Assembly: GCA_963837955.1 (NCBI GenBank)
Contig: CAWIPH010000002.1
Coordinates: 4,608,001 to 4,672,000 of the forward strand
DNA length: 64,000 nt
Direction of reading: 5' to 3'
Origin: an uncultured Verrucomicrobiae bacterium
GTDB taxonomy: Bacteria > Verrucomicrobiota > Verrucomicrobiia > Chthoniobacterales > JAFAMB01
The notes beneath the pieces were generated by a model. It ran no database searches and was not told the DNA's origin. It saw only the letters and a program-made list of their open reading frames with translations. A program made the position numbers and the translations under genes. Of this stretch, positions 50,602-59,108 are shown piece after piece (position 1 is the first letter of the stretch; every line of letters starts with the position of its first letter).

Positions 50602-50863
50602 CGGCGAACGGTTTGGGTTAGCGGTTTGCTGTCGCCTGTAAAAGCCATTAACGGCTTAGCGTGTAAGGTTTGTAACGACGAGTGCCGCTCCGTCCTGTTC
50701 CGGGTCTTCGGCAACTTCCGGCGGCCTTAAGCATAGGTTTCGCAAATTCGTGGATTTCGCTGGTCACAGCTAGTCCAGCCATTGCGGACCATCGTAAGGA
50801 ATCGCAAACAAGGAGGGAGCCGCCTCAAATTTGATTCGAATAGCCGATCTGCGGGCTATCAAA

Positions 50864-50924
50864 CTTGACGAATTCCCAACTTTGTGCTCGCGAGAAGGCC
50901 CAAAATCCGTACGGCTTAATCCGT
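50864..50924 (+). promoter_or_regulatory. Conserved promoter region of precursor gene P1 (candidate ECF promoter)
   Basis: tttgtgctcgcgagaa...caaaa..cgtacggctt...cgtATG is shared with 52606-52665; no SD. Confidence 0.55.
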
Positions 50925-51242
50925 ATGAAAAAGCTATTCTTGATCATGGTGTGCTCTGCAGCGACTCTCAACGTTTCGTGGGCCGCTCCGTTCGGCGAGA
51001 TGATGCCGATGCACTACAGTCCCAACGACAATCGGACCATAGTTGTTCCAAAAACAAGTAAACCCTCGAGCGATACAACCCGGTCGTCGGGTCAACAGTG
51101 GATCGCTGTGCTCATGCCGCCCAAACCCCGCGGCGTCGCTGTGCTGATGCCGACTCACCCCCGCGGCATCGCTGTGCTGATGCCGACTCACCCCCGCGGC
51201 GTCGCTGTGTTGATGCCCACCCACCCCCGCGGCGTCTTATGA
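50925..51242 (+). CDS. Secreted multi-repeat peptide precursor P1 (signal peptide + pro-region + 4 x 11-aa [IV]AVLMP[PT][KH]PRG)
   Basis: MKKLFLIMVCSAATLNVSWA signal; in-frame 33-bp repeats with synonymous variation; homologous to P2 and P3. Confidence 0.8.
   Translation: MKKLFLIMVCSAATLNVSWAAPFGEMMPMHYSPNDNRTIVVPKTSKPSSDTTRSSGQQWIAVLMPPKPRGVAVLMPTHPRGIAVLMPTHPRGVAVLMPTHPRGVL
51102..51233 (+). repeat. 4 x 33-bp coding tandem repeat
   Basis: Unit [a/g]tcgctgtg[c/t]t[c/g]atgcc...ccccgcggc. Confidence 0.95.
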
Positions 51243-51266
51243 CTTGAAGCCTGTCGGGAGCCTGAG

Positions 51267-51296
51267 GCCTGACCGGCTTCAACATGCCGGCCAGGC
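51267..51296. terminator. Hairpin between convergent P1 and NTF2-A genes
   Basis: gcctgaccggc/gccggccaggc stem; an equivalent hairpin lies at 52967-52992. No U-tract. Confidence 0.5.
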
Positions 51297-51812
51297 TTAG
51301 GGCTCGAGAAAGCTGGAGTGCCCGCTGATGACCTTCCATCCTTCCGGAAACCTCCGAAAGATCATCGTGTCGGTGGAGAACGCATCTTTACCGTGGGTCC
51401 GAAACGTGAACCAGGTCAGCGCCAAATAGAACTCCGAACTAAGCCGTTGAATCTTGGCACGCTGCAAAGTGACCGTGGCCATTTCCGACCGATCAGGATA
51501 TCCACGCTGATAGGCCGCCAGGATCTCGGCCCATCCCATAATTTGCTCTCCATCGATGACCACAAGCAAATCCGGAGACTTCCAAAGTAGGTCCATGTAA
51601 TGCTCGATGTCGTGCGCATTCCAATATCGAACCTGGTCGAGAATCACCTGGTAAACTTGTTGTTCGTCGGTCAACACCGAGGGTGATCCGACGGGCGTTG
51701 GCGACGCAATTGAATCATACACCCAGGCTGACTGCGGATCCGCGGCAAACCCCTGGAACGAAAGAAAGAGCAGCAGCGTAATAAACCATCTGGATGCCAT
51801 CCTGATCATCAT
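51297..51812 (-). CDS. Secreted NTF2/SnoaL-like (YybH/DUF4440-type) protein A
   Basis: Signal peptide ending GFA; WNAHDIEHYM..WKSPDL, GWAEILAAYQRGYPDR, MIFRRFPEGWKVISGHSS. Alternative starts 51851 and 51800. Confidence 0.8.
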   Translation of the reverse strand: MMIRMASRWFITLLLFLSFQGFAADPQSAWVYDSIASPTPVGSPSVLTDEQQVYQVILDQVRYWNAHDIEHYMDLLWKSPDLLVVIDGEQIMGWAEILAAYQRGYPDRSEMATVTLQRAKIQRLSSEFYLALTWFTFRTHGKDAFSTDTMIFRRFPEGWKVISGHSSFLEP

Positions 51813-51972
51813 CAAAAAGGTGCTTCTTCTAACCAGGATTTGTCTCGGCATGCCAGCTTTTAATTGTATCAATCGAGAATCAATTAGACGTCTTTCGCGC
51901 GGCCACTTTACAGATTCGCAGGAGGTAGAGGTTTTGCGGGTAAAAGCCCTAAAATTTCGCAAGTTCGAGAAC

Positions 51973-52086
51973 CTGGGAGACGTCAGTCCGATCGGGATCT
52001 TCTATGCTGCGCCGTTCGATGTTTATCCGACAGAGATCGACGTTTTCCAGCCGAACTTGATTGTCGTGCTCAACGCCAACCAATCC
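51973..52086 (+). pseudogene. Fragment of a Uma2/DUF820-family endonuclease
   Basis: PIGIFYAAPFDVYPTEIDVFQPNLIVV resembles the Uma2 'AP.DV.L....VQPD' segment; both ends are missing. Confidence 0.5.
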
Positions 52087-52201
52087 ACTTCCTTCTCAAC
52101 CAGTTTCATAGATGTTTTTGTTGATTTGATCCTTCGTCTTCATTATCAGTTTTGAAAATCAAGCCGGGCTGCGCTGCTAGTGGCTGAGATCCCTACATAC
52201 C

Positions 52202-52492
52202 ATGGATGCGAAAAGAACAGTGATCATGACGGTCGTTTTGCTGGCAGTGGGTTTGGAACCTTCCTACGCGGCAATGCCTTTTGGGCGGCTTATGCCGCTG
52301 CACTATGGTCCGGACGATATACGGACGGTGGTTGTTCCTCAGACTGAGAAGAAGCTTGCGTTTTCATCGTTGCCACAGAATAGCCTTTCGACGAGCAGGC
52401 GATCCGCGGCCCCAGCGCCGGGAAAGGTAGGTACTGTAACCTTCCGGGACCTTGACGCTTTTTGGCCCTTTCTGGAAATCGCTAGACTTTGA
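52202..52492 (+). CDS. Secreted precursor homologue P3 (same pro-region, no tandem repeats)
   Basis: Signal peptide ending SYA; PFGRLMPLHYGPDDIRTVVVPQT aligns with P1 PFGEMMPMHYSPNDNRTIVVPKT. Confidence 0.75.
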   Translation: MDAKRTVIMTVVLLAVGLEPSYAAMPFGRLMPLHYGPDDIRTVVVPQTEKKLAFSSLPQNSLSTSRRSAAPAPGKVGTVTFRDLDAFWPFLEIARL

Positions 52493-52605
52493 CCTCGCTG
52501 GACAGTGGCCAGTAGGTAAGTGAGTAACGGGACCAGGCAAAAACTTCCCGGAAGCGACAACCCGCCCTGCCATCAAAAAAGGAGAACGGCATCTGGTCGC
52601 TCTAT

Positions 52606-52665
52606 CTTGCGAGTTCTCAATTTTGTGCTCGCGAGAACGCACAAAAGTCGTACGGCTTGAGTCGT
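52606..52665 (+). promoter_or_regulatory. Conserved promoter region of precursor gene P2 (candidate ECF promoter)
   Basis: tttgtgctcgcgagaacgcacaaaagtcgtacggcttgagtcgtATG, matching the P1 upstream region. Confidence 0.55.
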
Positions 52666-52950
52666 ATGAGAAAAATACTGTTGGCTGTTACCTGCCTGGG
52701 GATAACTGCAATACCTTATGGGCAAAATCATAACGCAATATCCATTCCGAAATCAGAGCGCATTGCTGTGACCCTGCCTTGGAAGCCGTCATCTGAGGTC
52801 GCTGTGACCCTGCCTTGGAAGCCGTCATCTGAGGTCACTGTGACCCTGCCTTGGAAGCCGTCATCTGAGGTCGCTGTGACCCTGCCTTGGAAGCCGTCGT
52901 CCGAGGTCGCTGTCACCCTGCCTTGGAAGCCATTGACAACCCGGGCTTGA
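52666..52950 (+). CDS. Secreted multi-repeat peptide precursor P2 (signal peptide + short pro-region + 4 full and 1 truncated 12-aa [IV][AT]VTLPWKPSSE)
   Basis: MRKILLAVTCLGITA signal; in-frame 36-bp repeats. Confidence 0.8.
   Translation: MRKILLAVTCLGITAIPYGQNHNAISIPKSERIAVTLPWKPSSEVAVTLPWKPSSEVTVTLPWKPSSEVAVTLPWKPSSEVAVTLPWKPLTTRA
52762..52932 (+). repeat. 4.75 x 36-bp coding tandem repeat
   Basis: Unit gtcgctgtgaccctgccttggaagccgtcatctgag, contiguous with no spacers. Confidence 0.95.
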
Positions 52951-52966
52951 ATTGCCGAACCTAAAT

Positions 52967-52992
52967 CCTGGCCGGTCGTCGAACCGGCCAGG
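52967..52992. terminator. Hairpin between convergent P2 and NTF2-B genes
   Basis: Perfect 10-bp stem cctggccggt/accggccagg. Confidence 0.55.
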
Positions 52993-52993
52993 G

Positions 52994-53512
52994 TCACGGT
53001 TCGAGAAAGCTAGCGTGAGATGTGATGATCTTCCATCCCTCGGGAAGCTTCCGGAAGACCATCGTGTCGGTGCAATATGCGTTCTTAGTGTTTCTAGTGA
53101 ACGTGTACCAGCTTAACGCCAAGAAAAAATCCGGGCTAAGCCTCTGAAGTCTGACCCGCTGCAGAGCGACTGCGCCCATCTCGTTCCGGTCGGGAAATCC
53201 GCGCTGGTAAGCCGCTAACATTTCGGCCCAGCCTATGATTTGCTCCCCTTCGACAACCACGAGCAAATCGGGAGACTTCCAATATCCGTCCATGTAATGT
53301 TCAATATCGTGCGCGTTCCAATATGTTACTTGGTCGAGAACGGCGGCATAGACTTGTTCTTCATCGGCCGGAACCGTCGCTGATTCCGAAGGAGACGGAC
53401 CCGGCTTGACCGAGTCATACACCCACGTTGATTGTGGATCCGCAGCAAGGCCTTGGATCGAAAGAAAGAGTAACATCGCAACAAACAATCTGGATGCCAT
53501 CCTAATCATCAT
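52994..53512 (-). CDS. Secreted NTF2/SnoaL-like (YybH/DUF4440-type) protein B, paralogue of A
   Basis: WNAHDIEHYMDGYWKSPDL, GWAEMLAAYQRGFPDR, MVFRKLPEGWKIITSHASFLEP. Alternative starts 53551 and 53500. Confidence 0.8.
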   Translation of the reverse strand: MMIRMASRLFVAMLLFLSIQGLAADPQSTWVYDSVKPGPSPSESATVPADEEQVYAAVLDQVTYWNAHDIEHYMDGYWKSPDLLVVVEGEQIIGWAEMLAAYQRGFPDRNEMGAVALQRVRLQRLSPDFFLALSWYTFTRNTKNAYCTDTMVFRKLPEGWKIITSHASFLEP

Positions 53513-53705
53513 CAAAAAGGAGCTTCTTCTAACCAGGATTTGACTCGGCATGCCAGCTTTTAATCGTATCAATCGAGAATCAAATCGGGCGTCTTTTTCA
53601 CAGGGCCCTCGCAAACTCTCAAGCGCCAGAGATTTTTGCGGCTAGAAGCCTTAAAGTCTCGCAAGTTCGAGAAGCAGTAACCGCCTCTTAGGCGCTGGAT
53701 TCTAT

Positions 53706-56621
53706 CTAGTGTGCGAGAGCCGTAGGTAAGCGATCCGAACTCTCTATGGCCTTTTTATATTGCACCAAGGCGACTTCGGCATCGGAAATGTCGCTCAAAG
53801 TCCCTGGCAGCTGGAAGCTGTCGCGCACAACGTACAGTATCTGCAGGCCCTGCTCTATATATTGGCATCCTGATTTAGCGTCCCCTTCTTGACCCAAGAG
53901 GTTGCCTAACCTCGCAAGACAATCTCCGTAAAGTTCGTTTTCGTACGGATAGTCCCGCTTGCGGACGTTTTCCTCCAAATAGCGTATGGCCCGCGAAAAC
54001 ATTTGCGCTGCTTCCTGCCAGTTCCCAACCCCACTCGCGATTTCGGCTTCAGCATAGCAGCAAAGGGCATCACGAAACCGACAATCGGATTTGTCCTGAC
54101 CAATTTCCTCAAGCTCTTTGGTTAGCGGTACTAACAATTCTCGATTAGTCCTCTTCGCTGCTTCCAAGTTTCCGGTCTTAATATAGCAATGAGAAAGGCT
54201 GAAAGCATAAGTTTGGGCGCACTCCTCAATGTAAAAATCACTCTTTTTTTCGTCGATAAGTCTTTTACCATCGTCGAGAGCTTCTTTCAGTAGTCTCTTG
54301 GCTTCTTCGTACTCATTTCGATTCATCAGAACGACTCCGCTATTTCCCAGCTCTCGAATCAGGTCCTCCAAGAGACGGACGTTGTTGGGATCAGCCGCAC
54401 ACAATTCTCGCAATATCGATAGCGCATCGGTCGGGATTGCAATTTTTCCGTCTTCTGACTCCGAAAAAGCTATCAAAGTTCCCCAACGAGCGATGGCTCT
54501 TTCCAAGCGCCGTTGCAGTTGAATATCAGCTGGAGCTTCCTCGACCGCCTTACGACAAAGAGCTATGGCCCTCCGAACAGGTTCCCCAAATAGTTTAAAG
54601 CGGCCCCAATTATAGTAAAACTCACCCAAACGTTCGAGACTATACGAGTAAGAACTCAGGGCCTCTCGATCGGACTGTTCGGCTTGATAGGCCTTTTCTC
54701 CATATTGCGTTGCTTCAGTCAATACCTTTAATGAGTCCTCCGGTTTAGCAAGTGCGCCAAAAAAGTCTACCTTACGAGCCAGCGCATCGCAGAGGAGCAT
54801 TTGGAGCTTCCTCCGAGGATATGCCGTCAGATTGCCAGCGGCTTCAAGCTTCCGTAATTTCGTGAGAACCTCTTCCAAGATGCCAGCCGCTGTCGCAATC
54901 TTTCCGGCATTGGATAGAGCTCGACATTTTTCCAGCATCGCCTGTGCCAGAATAAGCTGATCCCCCGGATCAGACACCGGTTGATTGGTGAGAGCCCTAG
55001 CCCTAAGTTCCGCCATTTCCAGTCGTTGGATTGTTCCATTGAAGTCGCCTAGCTCTTCGAGGACACGCGCGAGAATCATTTGGGTCTGAACTTCGGCTCG
55101 TAACTGAACTGCGCTCCCAGCGGGATCAACCTCGCTTCGGCTGGTCGCATCAATCTGGTCAAAGACCCCCGCTACTCGCTGAAGCAGCTCGAGTCGCCGC
55201 TCTATCGGCGCCGACATGGTCTCTAGCGCTGCAGCAATGTCGGTGATCATGGTACGCGCCGACGACGCAGCCAGCTCCCGCTGTTGCAGCGCATAATCGC
55301 GTTCTTTCCGAGCTGCCCGATCCGAAGCCAAGATGAATCCAAGAGCAATGGCCCCAACAACGGCCGCAATCAAACTTGAACAAGTCGCAGTCGGGTGGCG
55401 TCTGATCAACGTGCGGGCTCGATACCACCAGGTTTGTGAACGAGCAAGAATCGGCCGGTGAGCCAGGAGGTTCTGAATGTCGTCAATGAAGTATTCGACA
55501 CTGCTGTATCTGTCGACAGGCGCCTTCTCCAATGCCTTCAAAATGATCAATTCGAGGTCGCGTTTCAACGGGCTCGGAAAATGATGCCCTCCCTTGCCCC
55601 TCGGTCGTTTCCGGGGATACTCGCTCGGCTTCGGCGGCTCGTCCTCACAGATCCTGCGTAAAAGCTCAAATGCCGCTGCCGGCTCGCCTTCTTTCGCCAG
55701 GTCAAAAGGATGGGCCCCAGTTACAAGCTCGTGGAGAATAATTCCGAGAACGAAAATATCCGAGGCTGTCGTCACCGGCTCGCCACGAATCTGTTCGGGA
55801 CTGGAATAGCGAGGAGTGCATGGCCCCAGACCTCGCGTTTGGTCCATCGATTCTTCCTCGTCCACTAGAAGCTTCGCGATACCAAAATCGAGCAGACGGG
55901 GTGTTCCATCGGAAGTGACCAAGATATTGGTGGGTTTCAAATCCCGATGCACCACGAGATTCCGGTGGGCATAAGCGACCGCGGAACAAACTTCACAGAA
56001 CAGTCTCAGAATTTCCCTGAGATCAAGCTCCCGATTACGGCAGTAGTCATCGATTGGCTCCCCTTCAACATAGTCGAGAGCAAAGTAAGGAAGACCGTTC
56101 TTCAGTGTCCCGCCTTCCAGGAATCGAGCGATAAACGGATGGTTCAGTTGCGCCAGTATTCGGCGCTCCCTTCGAAATCGTCCGGCGAAAAGGTTCGCAT
56201 CGACCCTTGCCCGAATGACTTTGATGGCAGCGCGCTGTCTCACCAATTGAGCCTCATCATCGATGGTTCTTTCCGCGAGATAGACCGTTCCCATCCCGCC
56301 AGAACAAATCTCCCGAAGAACGTGCCAAGATCCGATCGCAGTACCGGGCCGAACACCGAGTTCTTCTTCTTCGGTATCATCTCCGAAGACAGTTTGGTCT
56401 TTGAGGCGCCAGGCCGGAGTTTCCAGGAAACGGCCGTCTGGATCATCACATTCAAGCAAAGTGGCCAGCTCGCGGCCCATCTCCGGATTATCGCGACACT
56501 TTTCCTCCAACCATGAGGCGCGGAGCGCCGGATCCAATTCGACGGCTTCCGCGAATAGCGCCTTAATCCTGGACCAGTGTCCTGACATTTCATCAGCTGG
56601 GTTTGGATTTGGCGCATTCAT
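53706..56621 (-). CDS. Membrane Hanks-type Ser/Thr protein kinase with C-terminal TPR-like helical domain
   Basis: SGGMGTVY, AAIK, HRDLKPTN, DFGIAK, YSSPEQ; TM helix LIAAVVGAIALGFIL; long helical-repeat C-terminus. Confidence 0.93.
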   Translation of the reverse strand: MNAPNPNPADEMSGHWSRIKALFAEAVELDPALRASWLEEKCRDNPEMGRELATLLECDDPDGRFLETPAWRLKDQTVFGDDTEEEELGVRPGTAIGSWHVLREICSGGMGTVYLAERTIDDEAQLVRQRAAIKVIRARVDANLFAGRFRRERRILAQLNHPFIARFLEGGTLKNGLPYFALDYVEGEPIDDYCRNRELDLREILRLFCEVCSAVAYAHRNLVVHRDLKPTNILVTSDGTPRLLDFGIAKLLVDEEESMDQTRGLGPCTPRYSSPEQIRGEPVTTASDIFVLGIILHELVTGAHPFDLAKEGEPAAAFELLRRICEDEPPKPSEYPRKRPRGKGGHHFPSPLKRDLELIILKALEKAPVDRYSSVEYFIDDIQNLLAHRPILARSQTWWYRARTLIRRHPTATCSSLIAAVVGAIALGFILASDRAARKERDYALQQRELAASSARTMITDIAAALETMSAPIERRLELLQRVAGVFDQIDATSRSEVDPAGSAVQLRAEVQTQMILARVLEELGDFNGTIQRLEMAELRARALTNQPVSDPGDQLILAQAMLEKCRALSNAGKIATAAGILEEVLTKLRKLEAAGNLTAYPRRKLQMLLCDALARKVDFFGALAKPEDSLKVLTEATQYGEKAYQAEQSDREALSSYSYSLERLGEFYYNWGRFKLFGEPVRRAIALCRKAVEEAPADIQLQRRLERAIARWGTLIAFSESEDGKIAIPTDALSILRELCAADPNNVRLLEDLIRELGNSGVVLMNRNEYEEAKRLLKEALDDGKRLIDEKKSDFYIEECAQTYAFSLSHCYIKTGNLEAAKRTNRELLVPLTKELEEIGQDKSDCRFRDALCCYAEAEIASGVGNWQEAAQMFSRAIRYLEENVRKRDYPYENELYGDCLARLGNLLGQEGDAKSGCQYIEQGLQILYVVRDSFQLPGTLSDISDAEVALVQYKKAIESSDRLPTALAH

Positions 56622-56655
56622 CGATCTTTGTGGCCTAGGAGTTCTCTCGCGGTGG

Positions 56656-57279
56656 CTAATCCGAAGGAATGCTCAGTCGCCGCCTCAGCCACGCTTTCGC
56701 CAGGCGCCAATCTCTTTTAACGGTGGTTGCCGATACGCCGAGCGCCTCGGCTGTCTCCTCGACGGTCATCCCTGCAAAAAAACGGAGTTCAACGACTCGG
56801 CCCTGATCCAGATCCAAATCTGTCAATTCTTTAAGGGCTAGATCTAGACCGATCAGATCGATGGTTTGCCCGCGTTGGTCCGGTACGTCGACCTCAACCG
56901 ATTGAATGGAGACTTTCAGCGCTCCGCCACCACGTTTTTGGGCGACCCGAGAACGGGCGCGATCAACCAGAATTTGCCGCATCAGTCGGGCAGCCACTCC
57001 AAAAAAGTGGGAGCGACTCTTCCAATCGAGTTGCCTCGCATCTACCAGCCGCAGGTAAGCCTCATGAACTAACTCGGTCGGCTGCAACGATTTGTTACCC
57101 CATTCTTTAGCCAGCGCCTGGTCGGCCAAAAGTCGGAGTTGATCGTAGACCCGTTCGGTCAGGCGATCGAAAGCGGAGGCATCACCATTTCTCCATTCGC
57201 GCAGCACGCGCGTGATCTCGGTCTCTGGTTGTATGTGAGAATGGGCTTCCTCTCCACCTGGAAAGGACGTTCCGAACAA
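56656..57279 (-). CDS. ECF sigma factor, kinase-associated TIGR02999-type
   Basis: EITRVLREWRNGD, LQPTELVHEAYLRL, RQILVDRAR..KRGG, VVELRFFAG, RDWRLAKAWL. TTG start follows AGGAG. Confidence 0.93.
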   Translation of the reverse strand: MFGTSFPGGEEAHSHIQPETEITRVLREWRNGDASAFDRLTERVYDQLRLLADQALAKEWGNKSLQPTELVHEAYLRLVDARQLDWKSRSHFFGVAARLMRQILVDRARSRVAQKRGGGALKVSIQSVEVDVPDQRGQTIDLIGLDLALKELTDLDLDQGRVVELRFFAGMTVEETAEALGVSATTVKRDWRLAKAWLRRRLSIPSD

Positions 57280-57693
57280 CTCTGACGGCTCCTTTTTCCC
57301 ACGTTGGCAAAGAAGTTGATCCGAATCCGCGGGGAGTATAGTGAGAGAATCTCCCTCCCTGCAAGCCTGGGAGTCTTATAAAAATTTGCCGGCTAAAACC
57401 TTGGTCTTGACCTAACAACAGGCTTTGGCGTTAGCGGCGTCGACCGAAGAGGAAAGTACTGATCGGGAAACTGTTGCGATCATAGCGTTAAGGCACGAGA
57501 CAGCTCGTCGCCCGGTTTGCTAGGCCGCGAATGCGCCCCACCAGCACTGGAAATGAGCTCACGTATTCTGTGACCCATTTTCGGGATTCTGGGTTCGTCC
57601 GTGCGTGTGGCTACAAAGCTAGGAAGGACGCGCGGGCCGCCTTCGCAGACTACGGCGCGCCCTAGCGCTGAGTTTGAGAAACTATAAATGCTG

Positions 57694-57730
57694 GCCGCGA
57701 CGAAGCGTTTCGCGTAGTCGGGAGCGCATC
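57694..57730. repeat. Short hairpin REP-like element (variant of family C)
   Basis: cgcgtagtcgggagcgcatc is identical at 57711-57730 and 59088-59107; related hairpin at 62575-62604. Confidence 0.55.
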
Positions 57731-57741
57731 CCCGACGCTTC

Positions 57742-58899
<1,158 letters not shown>

Positions 58900-59108
58900 C
58901 TATTCTAGAAGAGACGCAAGCAGGTCCTCTGGTTATCGCGCTATGGAGGTTGGAAAATCACGCAAAGACGCAAAGATTGAGAAGTGGAATCTAGAATGTT
59001 TGGCACAGAAGCAAGCGGAATGTGCCAAGCTGCGCTGCATACACGCGGACACGCAGGCCACCGCGTCAAGACTATGGCAGAAACGCGCGCGTAGTCGGGA
59101 GCGCATCT

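Noticed and set aside
52762..52932. 36-bp repeats as a CRISPR array
   Set aside because: Units are contiguous with no spacers, in frame within an ORF, and there are no cas genes. The same applies to the 33-bp repeats at 51102-51233.
50925..52950. Assignment to a known RiPP class (graspetide, lasso, lanthipeptide, cyanobactin)
   Set aside because: No ATP-grasp, YcaO, radical SAM, Lan enzyme, protease or transporter gene nearby; the cores lack Cys, and the precursors have Sec-type signals.
52728..52997. Antisense repeat ORFs (GFQGRVTATSDD; HQHSDAAGVSR at 50934-51224) as the real genes
   Set aside because: The plus-strand frames have signal peptides, mutual homology, a shared upstream motif and synonymous variation; the antisense frames do not.
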